Shown here piece after piece: positions 27,859 through 35,132 of a DNA stretch of 64,000 nucleotides. Positions within the stretch are counted from its first letter, which is position 1. Each line of letters begins with the position of its first letter. Made by a program: the position numbers and the translations under genes. The notes beneath the pieces are model-generated. The model did no database searches, was not told the DNA's origin, and was given only the letters and a program-made list of their open reading frames with translations. This DNA is from Sphingomonadales bacterium. Lineage in GTDB: Bacteria > Pseudomonadota > Alphaproteobacteria > Sphingomonadales > Sphingomonadaceae. Location of the stretch: positions 23,930 through 87,929 of the forward strand of contig JBBRSN010000001.1 of the NCBI GenBank assembly GCA_038245375.1. The letters run 5' to 3'.

Positions 27859-28509
27859 ATGGACGACAGCATCACCGCAGACCCCCATGGTTTCAAGCGC
27901 CGTGGCGTGCTTTTCGTGCTGTCCTCGCCGTCCGGCGCCGGCAAATCGACGATCGCGCGCAAGCTGCTTGCCGATGAGGCAGAGCTTGGCATGTCAGTGT
28001 CTTACACGACGCGGCCGATCCGTCCGGGCGAAACCGACGGGATCGATTATCATTTCGTCGACCTCGAAACCTTTCGCACGATGGTGGCGAATCACGAGTT
28101 CCTCGAATGGGCGCATGTCTTCGGGCATCGCTACGGCACGCCCAAGGCCGACGTGTTCCACACGCTGGGCGAAGGGCGCGATATCCTGTTCGACATCGAC
28201 TGGCAGGGCGCGCAGCAGCTGCACCAGCTGGCCGGTGGCGATGTCGTGCGCGTGTTCATCCTGCCGCCGTCGATGCCCGAACTGCGCGTCCGGCTCGAGC
28301 GGCGCGCGACCGATACGATGGACGTGATCAATGCGCGGATGGATCGCGCGGCGAACGAGGTCAGCCACTGGGACGGTTACGACTATGTGCTGGTCAACGA
28401 CGATGTCGAGCAATGCTTCCAGCATGTGAAGATCATTCTTGCGGCGGAGCGACTGAAGCGCTCGCGCCAGACCGGGATCATCGGGTTTATCCGCAAGCTG
28501 CTGCGCTGA
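27859..28509 (+). CDS. gmk: Guanylate kinase
   Basis: P-loop SSPSGAGKST, TTRPIRPGE.DG.DYHFV. Confidence 0.92.
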   Translation: MDDSITADPHGFKRRGVLFVLSSPSGAGKSTIARKLLADEAELGMSVSYTTRPIRPGETDGIDYHFVDLETFRTMVANHEFLEWAHVFGHRYGTPKADVFHTLGEGRDILFDIDWQGAQQLHQLAGGDVVRVFILPPSMPELRVRLERRATDTMDVINARMDRAANEVSHWDGYDYVLVNDDVEQCFQHVKIILAAERLKRSRQTGIIGFIRKLLR

Positions 28510-28528
28510 GATGCGGGCAACCTGATCT

Positions 28529-28634
28529 GCTCCCCGGCGCAGGCCGGGGCCCAGCTGGGAAGGCCTAGCTAAAAAAAGCGCGGCACTCGATCAATTTCCG
28601 TACCGTAACTGGGCCCCGGCCTGCGCCGGGGAAC
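28529..28634. repeat. Family A palindromic element, copy A2
   Basis: GCTCCCCGGCGCAGGCCGGGGCCCAGCTGGGAAGG ... CTGGGCCCCGGCCTGCGCCGGGGAAC. Confidence 0.7.
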
Positions 28635-28636
28635 GG

Positions 28637-29326
28637 TCAGGCGGCTTGAAGCAGCGCCAGAAACCGCACCGCCGAAGCATAGTCGCGCTGGCGTTCCTCA
28701 TAGGCCGCCAATGCGAGCGGGTCGCGGCCCCATAGTTCGGCCTGCCAGTCCTCATCGACGTGCGCAGCCGTCCACAGCGTCGCGGCGTCGGTCGCGCCTT
28801 CGAACAGCGCAAGCGCGCCGACCAGCGTGCCGGTGATGGTGACGATCGTCGATAGCGGCGCCAGCTCGAACGCCGATCGCGCCGCGACCGCCTCGGCGAG
28901 GCGCGCCAGCGTGGCGGCGGGCTGATGCTGGTGCATGATCCCTGCGGTAACGATGAAATGCACATCGTAGCGCATACGTGCCCAGTCGAGCAGCGGGTCC
29001 CAGGCGGCGGCCTGGCGTTCGATCAACGGCTCGGGCGATTCGGCGCGGTAGCAGAGCAGGTCGCTCTCGCCCCAGGCGGCGAGGCCGGCAGCGAAGCTCG
29101 TTGGGTCGGGCGCGATGCGGTCGATCGCGGCGTTGGCCAGACCAGTGAGCGGCATGGTGCGTGGGTCGATCTCGCCCGTAACGACACGCCATTCGTCCGC
29201 GACGGCCTCGGCCAGTGCCGGGGTGGGCAGGGTCAGCGCTACCTTGCCGGGCGTGCGCACCGGGCGACCGTCGAGCGCGATGCCGCGTTCGGCATCGATC
29301 GTGACGTCTTTCCAGAAACGCTTCAC
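28637..29326 (-). CDS. ATP12-family F1-ATPase assembly chaperone
   Basis: KRFWKDVTIDAERGIALDGRPVRTPGKVALTLPT.ALAEAVADEW. GTG start overlaps the upstream stop (GTGA). Confidence 0.82.
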   Translation of the reverse strand: MKRFWKDVTIDAERGIALDGRPVRTPGKVALTLPTPALAEAVADEWRVVTGEIDPRTMPLTGLANAAIDRIAPDPTSFAAGLAAWGESDLLCYRAESPEPLIERQAAAWDPLLDWARMRYDVHFIVTAGIMHQHQPAATLARLAEAVAARSAFELAPLSTIVTITGTLVGALALFEGATDAATLWTAAHVDEDWQAELWGRDPLALAAYEERQRDYASAVRFLALLQAA

Positions 29327-29544
29327 GGCTGCGGCGGCGTCCGCCAGCGGTGCGCGAGCGCAGCGGGAATGGTCGCGACCATATACATCGCGGCGAGAAC
29401 GATCGCGACGCCGAGTATCTTGGTCGGCCAGTCATGTGCGCGGGCGAGCAGGATGATGCCGAGGATCGCGCCGAGCGAACCGACGATGCGGCTTCCGGCG
29501 ATGAGCAGATAGCGGTTGCGGGCGGTCGTCTCGGGGCTGCTCAC
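29323..29544 (-). CDS. 73-aa two-TM membrane protein
   Basis: GTG at 29544 overlaps the HAD stop (GTGA), and its own stop overlaps the ATP12 start. Two hydrophobic helices (LLIAGSRIVGSLGAILGIILL; ILGVAIVLAAMYMVATIPAAL). Confidence 0.5.
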   Translation of the reverse strand: MSSPETTARNRYLLIAGSRIVGSLGAILGIILLARAHDWPTKILGVAIVLAAMYMVATIPAALAHRWRTPPQP

Positions 29545-30200
29545 AAATTCTCCATGTGCCGGGGAAGGTCGGCGACGCTCGGGGCGATGGCGTGCGCGCC
29601 GGCGGCGGTGAGCTCGTCGACCGGGTGATAGCCCCAGGCGACGCCGAGCGCGCGGGTGCCGGCGGCGCGCGCCATCAGCATGTCGTAGCTGGTGTCGCCG
29701 ATCATCACCGTGTTGTGCGGCGCCGCACCGGCCTCGGCCATCGCCGCGACGATCATCGCCGGGTCGGGCTTTGAGGGGTGGCGGTCGGCGGTCTGCAGCG
29801 TGACGAAGCGCGCGATGATGCCGTGATGGCTGAGGACATGCGCGAGGCCGCGATCGGACTTGCCGGTGGCGATGCCGAGAACCCAGCCGTCCGCGGTGAG
29901 CGCATCGAGCGTGGCGATCATGCCATCGAACAGCGGTTCGTCGGCCATCGCGCCCGACCCGCGGAGCCGGAAGAAGGCGGCCTTGTAGTCGGCGGCGAGC
30001 CGGCGGTGGAGCGCGTCGTCGGCCTCGGGCAGCAGCGCGCCGACCGCCTCGACCAGGCTGAGCCCGACGATGCGACGGATCGCGTCGCGCGGCGGGGCGG
30101 GGATCGCGGCTTCGGCAAAGGCGGTTTCCATCGCGACGCAGATATTGGCCTGGCTGTCGACCAGCGTGCCGTCGCAATCGAACAGCGCGAGGCGGTTCAT
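29541..30200 (-). CDS. HAD-family hydrolase (phosphoglycolate phosphatase-like)
   Basis: Motif I LFDCDGTLVDS, and GDTSYDM late motif. Confidence 0.85.
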   Translation of the reverse strand: MNRLALFDCDGTLVDSQANICVAMETAFAEAAIPAPPRDAIRRIVGLSLVEAVGALLPEADDALHRRLAADYKAAFFRLRGSGAMADEPLFDGMIATLDALTADGWVLGIATGKSDRGLAHVLSHHGIIARFVTLQTADRHPSKPDPAMIVAAMAEAGAAPHNTVMIGDTSYDMLMARAAGTRALGVAWGYHPVDELTAAGAHAIAPSVADLPRHMENL

Positions 30201-30799
30201 CGTACCGCCTCGGTCGCCGCGGCGAGATCGGGATTGCCGCGCGCGCGCAAGCCAGCGATCACGCCGGCAATGTCGGCGTCGGCCTTGTTCTGGCCGAGCT
30301 TGATCGTGCCGCGCACCGCGTCGACCGTCAGCTCGAAACCGACGATCGCCTTGAGCATCGCGCGGAAGCGGGCATCGTCCATTTTGTCACGGGTCCAGGG
30401 GCGTTCGGGCGAGACGCGCGGTTCATGCCCGGCGGCGAGCGTATCGAGTTGCGCAACCAGCGTTTCTTCGTCGATCATGCGGGCGACACCCTCGATCTCG
30501 GCACTGACATAATTCCATGTCGGCACGCCCTGTGCGCCATCGACATACCAGTTGGGGGTAATGTAGCCGTCCGGCCCCGCGACGCTGAGCAACAGGTGCG
30601 CGCCGTCGAGATGCGCGGTCATGCGGTTGGCCCGCGAGACGTGGAAACGCAGCGCGCCGGAGCGGGCGGCGACGATCGGGGCATGAGCGACCATCGGTCC
30701 CTCGGCGGTCGTCGCAAAGATATGCGCGAAGCCGCGTCCCACCGCCCAGTCGAGGATCGCGGCGTCGCTGTCGAAGCGGAAGGCGCGGTTCGGGTGCAC
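30197..30799 (-). CDS. FMN-binding negative transcriptional regulator (PaiB family)
   Basis: MHPNRAFRF....ILDWAV..GFAHIF and about 200 aa, typical of PaiB. Confidence 0.75.
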   Translation of the reverse strand: MHPNRAFRFDSDAAILDWAVGRGFAHIFATTAEGPMVAHAPIVAARSGALRFHVSRANRMTAHLDGAHLLLSVAGPDGYITPNWYVDGAQGVPTWNYVSAEIEGVARMIDEETLVAQLDTLAAGHEPRVSPERPWTRDKMDDARFRAMLKAIVGFELTVDAVRGTIKLGQNKADADIAGVIAGLRARGNPDLAAATEAVR

Positions 30800-30808
30800 C
30801 CGACCGGC

Positions 30809-31954
30809 CTAGCGCCGCGGCTTCGGCGCGGCCTCGCGCTCGCCGCGACCGCGCCGCTCGCCCCGGCGTGCCTTGCGCACCCCCTTGGCATGGTGCTTCG
30901 CCTGCTGCTTCAGCACCGCGCGGCTCGGTGGGGGCGGCTTGTCGAGCGGCATGTTGTTGCCGAGCATCTCGTCGAAACCGAGCTGCTTGAGGCTGTCGGC
31001 GAAATGCGTCGGCAGCTCGGCGGTAATGTCGATCGGCGCATCGTCGGGATGGTCGATGCGTAGCCGGCGCGCATGGAGGTGCATCTTGCGGCTGATCCCG
31101 CCGGTAAGGAACGCTGCCTGGCCACCATATTTGCCGTCGCCGACGATCGGATGGCCGATCGCCGCCATATGCACGCGCAGCTGGTGGGTGCGGCCGGTGA
31201 AGGGACGGAGCTCGACCCAGGCGGTCTGGTTGCCGGCGCGCTCGATCACGCGGTAGCGGGTGCGTGCGGTCTGCCCTTCGGCCTCGTCGACATGCATCTT
31301 TTCGCCGCCGCTGCCGGGCTGCTTGGCGATCGGCAGTTCGACCATGCCATCCTCGATCGATGGCACGCCGACGATCAGCGCCCAATAGACCTTCTCGGCG
31401 CTGCGCGACGAAAAGGCCTTGGCGAAATAGCCGGCGGCGCGGGCGGTACGCGCGACCAGCAGCACGCCCGAGGTGTCCTTGTCGAGCCGGTGGACCAGCT
31501 TGGGGCGGCTCTCGCCATCGAAGGTCAGGCCATCGAGCAGGCCGTCGACATGCTCGGTGGTCTTGGTGCCGCCCTGCGTCGCGAGACCGGGCGGCTTGTT
31601 GATGACGATCGCCTGCTTGTCGCGGTGGATGACGAGATCGCGGATGAAATCGGTCTGCTCGCCGCTGAGTGGTTCGCGCTCGCGCTTTTTCGGGCCGCTG
31701 GGCGCACCGGTGACGGGATCGACCCGTACCGGTTCGGCCGGGGGCACGCGGATGATCTGCCCGGCGGCGATGCGATCGCCCGGCGTGGCGCGCGCGCCAT
31801 CGACGCGCAGCTGGCCGGTGCGGGCCCATTTGGCGACGGTGGTGAAGCTGGTTTCGGGCAGATGTCGCTTGAACCAGCGATCGAGCCGGATGCCCTCATC
31901 GTCATAGCCGACGTTGAACTGGCGGACGTCGGTCTCGCTCATCTTGCCGTTCAT
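30809..31954 (-). CDS. RluA-family 23S rRNA pseudouridine synthase (RluC-like, with S4 domain and basic tail)
   Basis: Start MNGKMSETD overlaps the crcB stop (ATGA). Catalytic motif HRLDKDTSGVLLVAR. Arg/Lys-rich C-terminus. Confidence 0.85.
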   Translation of the reverse strand: MNGKMSETDVRQFNVGYDDEGIRLDRWFKRHLPETSFTTVAKWARTGQLRVDGARATPGDRIAAGQIIRVPPAEPVRVDPVTGAPSGPKKREREPLSGEQTDFIRDLVIHRDKQAIVINKPPGLATQGGTKTTEHVDGLLDGLTFDGESRPKLVHRLDKDTSGVLLVARTARAAGYFAKAFSSRSAEKVYWALIVGVPSIEDGMVELPIAKQPGSGGEKMHVDEAEGQTARTRYRVIERAGNQTAWVELRPFTGRTHQLRVHMAAIGHPIVGDGKYGGQAAFLTGGISRKMHLHARRLRIDHPDDAPIDITAELPTHFADSLKQLGFDEMLGNNMPLDKPPPPSRAVLKQQAKHHAKGVRKARRGERRGRGEREAAPKPRR

Positions 31955-32328
31955 GCCGCCACCCGTGTCAGGATGAGGCCGAGGAACAGCGCGCCCACTG
32001 CGCCGACGACCGAGAGAAGGGCGTAACCCAGCGCCAATGCGAGATCGCCACGCTGCAGCATGTTGGCCATATCGAGCGAGAAGCTGGAAAAGGTCGTGTA
32101 GCCGCCGAGCACACCGAGCGCGAGCAGCAGGCGCCAGTTCTCGCCCGACACCGACAGTCGCGTGAGGATGCCGACGAGCAGTCCCATCGCCAGCCCGCCG
32201 ACGAGATTGACCGTCAGCGTGCCGAACGGAAAATTCGGGCCGCACAGCCGGATCATGACGAAACCGGTAAGATATCGCGCGCCGGAGCCGACGGCACCGC
32301 CGAGCATCACAAGGAACAGGGAAAACAT
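31951..32328 (-). CDS. crcB: Fluoride channel CrcB/FluC
   Basis: GGAVGSGARY, FPFGTLTVNLVGG, four TM segments, 125 aa. Confidence 0.88.
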   Translation of the reverse strand: MFSLFLVMLGGAVGSGARYLTGFVMIRLCGPNFPFGTLTVNLVGGLAMGLLVGILTRLSVSGENWRLLLALGVLGGYTTFSSFSLDMANMLQRGDLALALGYALLSVVGAVGALFLGLILTRVAA

Positions 32329-32441
32329 TGCCCCCGTTAGCGCGGAAGCCCGCTCCCGTCACCCCACGGTGAATTCCCTTCCCCGGTTGGGCGCCGATGG
32401 AACCGCCACATGGTGGTCCGGATCGGTCGGGACCAGCTATG

Positions 32442-33248
32442 CTAACGCCCGTTATTGGCAATCAGGTCGACGTCGGTGCCGCCATCGTCGCGACTGGTGA
32501 GGAACAGCGCGAACGCGCCGCCGTCACGATCGCGCGTGCCGCCAAGGACATGTTCGCTGCCGTCGCTCTGCTGTTCGGCCGAGAAGCCTGCGCCGGTGGC
32601 GCGCGTATAATACCAGTCCATCACCTGCTGCAGCGGGGCGCCGGTCGAAAAGCTCACCGCGCGCAGCGCGCAGGCGCCGCGATCCGATCCGGCCGCTTCG
32701 GAAACGCGCGCGTCGGGATAGAGCGGCAGGTCAGTGGGCAGGCGGTCGGCCCAGCCGGCCGAATAGCGCAACGCGCCGGCGCAGGAGGCCGTGCGGCGGT
32801 CGCGCTGGCGCGAGGCGAGCGCGCCGAGCGTGAGCGAGGCCTTGGCGGCATCGCATTGCGGGCAACTCGCGCCCTTCGGCGCGGGTGTCGTCTTGACCGC
32901 CTGGCTGGTCGCCTGGCCGGTCGAGCCGCCGCCGCCGGGGGCCGCCGCGATGTCCTCGGGCGGGACGGCGCCGGACAATGGCTGGGCCGGAGGGCGTATG
33001 GCGTCGTCATTGGCTTTGTGGGCGAGCGCGGGATCAACCATGATCTGGTCCTGCAACGCACTCATCATCGCGGGATCATGAGTGTTGGCATTGCCCGCTT
33101 CGATCAACTCGTTGTCGAGCGAATCGAGATTGCGGCTGTCCTTGTCGCGCGGACCGCAGGCGAGCAGTGCCAGCGGCATGGCGAGGGCAATAAGGCCCGG
33201 AAACCGAGTGCGAACCATCCAAGCGCTCCAGATACGTCGGGCGGTCAT
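32442..33248 (-). CDS. Lipoprotein of unknown function
   Basis: LALLAC lipobox near the N-terminus. The start may be the internal Met at 33218. Pro/Ala-rich middle region. No family recognised. Confidence 0.6.
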   Translation of the reverse strand: MTARRIWSAWMVRTRFPGLIALAMPLALLACGPRDKDSRNLDSLDNELIEAGNANTHDPAMMSALQDQIMVDPALAHKANDDAIRPPAQPLSGAVPPEDIAAAPGGGGSTGQATSQAVKTTPAPKGASCPQCDAAKASLTLGALASRQRDRRTASCAGALRYSAGWADRLPTDLPLYPDARVSEAAGSDRGACALRAVSFSTGAPLQQVMDWYYTRATGAGFSAEQQSDGSEHVLGGTRDRDGGAFALFLTSRDDGGTDVDLIANNGR

Positions 33249-33337
33249 GCACCAGATGCGGTTAAGGAAGCGTTGGTTGTGTGGTATATAGCTAAAACAC
33301 CTTGCGCAGCCGGAGGATGCACGCCATCTTGTTAAGC

Positions 33338-33556
33338 ATGAACATCATCTCGCTCCTGCTCGGCGTCATCGTCCTGGTCTTCGCGCTGATCGGGTTCATC
33401 CCGTTGCTCGGCGCGCTCAACTGGCTGCTGATTCCCATGGCCCTGATCGGTGCCGCGATCGGTGCGATATCGTCGCACAAGTCGGGCCGTAACCTCAATC
33501 TGCTGCTGGTCGTGTTCTGCACGATCAGGCTGATCATCGGCCACGGCCTGATCTGA
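33338..33556 (+). CDS. 72-aa membrane protein
   Basis: ATG at 33338. High GC3. Two or three hydrophobic helices. Confidence 0.55.
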   Translation: MNIISLLLGVIVLVFALIGFIPLLGALNWLLIPMALIGAAIGAISSHKSGRNLNLLLVVFCTIRLIIGHGLI

Positions 33557-33567
33557 TCGACTCGATC

Positions 33568-33996
33568 CTAGCCGTTGAGGCGGTGGGTCAGCGTGATCTC
33601 CGCCTTGAGCAGCTTCGAGACCGGGCAATTGTCCTTGGCATCGGCCGCGATGTTGTCGAATTCGGCCGGATCGATACCGGCGATCGTGGCGCTGAGGTCG
33701 AGGTCGGAGCGGGTGATGGTGAAGCCGTCGCCGTCCTTGTCGAGCGTGACCCTGGCAGTCGTTTCCAGCGTGCCGTCACTGAACCCCGCGCTGGCGAGCG
33801 CGAAGCTCAACGCCATGGTGAAGCAACTGGCATGCGCGGCGGCAATCAGTTCCTCAGGATTGGTGCCGGGGCCGTCCTCGAAGCGGCTGCCGAAGCCATA
33901 GCGCTGGTCGGCCAATACGCCAGACTGGGTCGATACCTGCCCCTGACCGTCCTTGCCGAACCCGTCATAGCGGGCCGATCCGCTGCGTGTCGTCAT
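33568..33996 (-). CDS. osmC: OsmC-family peroxiredoxin
   Basis: Start MTTRSGSARYDG with AGGAG upstream. Conserved Cys pair (AAHASCF, KDNCPVSK). Confidence 0.85.
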   Translation of the reverse strand: MTTRSGSARYDGFGKDGQGQVSTQSGVLADQRYGFGSRFEDGPGTNPEELIAAAHASCFTMALSFALASAGFSDGTLETTARVTLDKDGDGFTITRSDLDLSATIAGIDPAEFDNIAADAKDNCPVSKLLKAEITLTHRLNG

Positions 33997-34017
33997 ATCG
34001 TCTGCTCCTGGCATGGC

Positions 34018-34045
34018 GAAGGGCGCGGGGTAAGCCGCGCCCTTC
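34018..34045 (-). terminator. Hairpin between the glycine-zipper gene and osmC
   Basis: GAAGGGCGCGG-loop-CCGCGCCCTTC. No clear U-tract. Confidence 0.3.
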
Positions 34046-34075
34046 CTTTACGATCGAATACGTCCGACCGTGTGA

Positions 34076-34378
34076 TCAGCGGTAGTAGCAACGCTTCTTG
34101 GCGGTGATCGTACGATCGATCGCACGGCCGGCGAAGGCTCCGCCGACACCGCCAGCGATCGTGCCAAGCGCGCCGTGGCCGAGGATCGAATTGCCGACCA
34201 GTGCACCGCCGACGCCGCCGGCGATCAGGCCCGTCGTGCCGCTCGAGTGGCGGCAGACCTTGGTGCGCTTGTAGGTGTGGCCGCTATAGTGGTGCTTCTT
34301 GGCCTCGGCAGCGCTCGGAATCGCCATTGCCGGAATGAGCAGCGAGGCGGCGCTGAGTGCCATGATGAACTTACGCAT
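34076..34378 (-). CDS. Glycine-zipper (17-kDa-antigen/Rick_17kDa_Anti-like) secreted protein
   Basis: Signal peptide MRKFIMALSAASLLIPAMAIPSAAEA. GxxxG zipper GLIAGGVGGALVGNSILGHGALGTIAGGVGGAFAG. GGAGA Shine-Dalgarno sequence. Confidence 0.8.
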   Translation of the reverse strand: MRKFIMALSAASLLIPAMAIPSAAEAKKHHYSGHTYKRTKVCRHSSGTTGLIAGGVGGALVGNSILGHGALGTIAGGVGGAFAGRAIDRTITAKKRCYYR

Positions 34379-34440
34379 ATATATTCTCCATTGCCTTGAA
34401 TTCAGTGAAGTGCCGAACGCGGGAGGTCTGGAATATGTTG

Positions 34441-34469
34441 CATGAACGTCAAAAAACGTTTCGTTCATG
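34441..34469. promoter_or_regulatory. Inverted repeat CATGAACG-N13-CGTTCATG
   Basis: Perfect 8-bp arms in the AT-richer segment upstream of the glycine-zipper gene. Confidence 0.3.
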
Positions 34470-34510
34470 TCACGTCTTGCTGTGCGCCGCGGTGCACAAA
34501 TCGTTCCACG

Positions 34511-34528
34511 ATATCCACATTATCCACA
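34511..34528 (+). promoter_or_regulatory. Two abutting DnaA-box 9-mers (ATATCCACA + TTATCCACA)
   Basis: The second 9-mer equals the classical consensus TTATCCACA and the first has one mismatch. They are head-to-tail with no spacer. Confidence 0.4.
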
Positions 34529-34599
34529 GGCTTTGGCGGTTCGTTCGCCCTTGGCACGACTCGCATTCAATGACACCTTCATGACTGTAAGCGGACGAT

Positions 34600-35107
34600 G
34601 ACGAAGCGGGAAACCGCAGAGAAATTAGAAGCTTATGCCGAGGAAGAGACGAGGATCGCAAGGTTCGGCGCGCTTTCGCGGCAGGTCTGCCAAGTAACTG
34701 ATGCCGGGAGGTGCGGACGCGCAAGCGTCGGCGTGCCGGACGCACGAACGGCGGGCCGAAGCGTCCCTCCACATCCCCGTGATCGCGGAAGGGCGTTGGC
34801 CATGAGGGCCGGATGCGCGACGCTCATCACCGGGCGGAAGGCGGTTCGACAGTAAGGGCCAAGGCGAAGCGGAAAGGACTCCGGTCCGGAACGCCGAGCT
34901 GGCCGCCGAGGCTGAGGCGCTGAGGCCCGCAAGGGTATCGTGCCCAGTCCCGGTGACCAAAACGCGAAGCCTTGTCGCCGCTCGCGGCACGAGGTGGAGC
35001 GGGCCGCCGAAACCAGACGGCGCGGTTCGTTTCCTCGGAGACGGATGAGCGGGTCGAAGTCCGGCGACAGGGGGTCGGCAGCAATGCCGGCCCCCATTTT
35101 GCGTTTT
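34600..35107 (+). ncRNA. Candidate unclassified structured RNA or non-coding transcript (boundaries approximate)
   Basis: No credible ORF. Plus-strand-specific terminator at the 3' end. GNRA-capped helices at 34715-34728 and 34925-34934. The 5' end is unknown. Confidence 0.3.
35070..35107 (+). terminator. Intrinsic terminator with its U-tract on the plus strand only
   Basis: GGGGGTCGGCA-GCAA-TGCCGGCCCCC (11 bp, one GU) followed by ATTTTGCGTTTTG. On the minus strand (ribF side) it is followed by TGTCGCC. Confidence 0.6.
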
Positions 35108-35132
35108 GCGGCACATATATCGGGGAACACGA

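Noticed and set aside
32329-32441. Possible fluoride riboswitch in the 113-nt gap upstream of crcB.
   Set aside because: I read the minus strand. I could not find the GGnGAUGG...CC 5' element, the AACCGCC segment followed by CUGAUGA/CUAAUGA, or the pseudoknot partners. Only weak resemblances exist (GGGGAAGGGAATTCACC, GCTAACGGGGG). An Rfam RF01734 scan would settle it.
34441-34469. EcfG (general stress) promoter GGAAC-N16/17-CGTT within the CATGAACG...CGTTCATG palindrome upstream of the glycine-zipper/osmC genes.
   Set aside because: It reads GAAC-N14-CGTT. The spacer is too short and the first G of GGAAC is missing.
34552-34566. Sigma-54-like TTGGCACG...GCAT promoter.
   Set aside because: The GG and GC dinucleotides are 10 nt apart rather than the required 12 (GG-N10-GC), so it does not fit the -24/-12 geometry.
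34380-34600. Chromosomal replication origin, suggested by the DnaA boxes.
   Set aside because: There are only two boxes, no extended AT-rich unwinding element, no further box cluster, and no origin-linked genes (dnaA, dnaN, hemE, parAB) in the neighbourhood.
34598-34855. Plus-strand 85-aa ORF (MTKRETAEKLEAYAEEETRIARF...) as a real protein gene, possibly fused by frameshift to the open frame 34806-35048.
   Set aside because: It has no Shine-Dalgarno sequence, third-position GC well below neighbouring genes, and a C-terminal two-thirds that is Arg/Gly/Ala noise. The downstream frame has no start codon. A decayed gene remains possible and is noted in the finding.
34600-35107. Assignment of the ORF-poor locus to a known RNA family (RNase P, two-piece tmRNA, SRP/4.5S, cobalamin, FMN or TPP riboswitch).
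   Set aside because: The conserved cores are absent on both strands: GGAAAGUCCGGGC and ACAGAANCCGGCUUA; the GGUUCGAnUCC T-loop with CCA end and an ANDN tag frame; GGUCCGGAAGGAAGCAGC; the GCCACUG B12 core; GGUGAAAUUCC; and CUGAGA. Only partial look-alikes exist (GAAGUCCGG, GGUCCGGAACGCC, GACAGUAAGGG).
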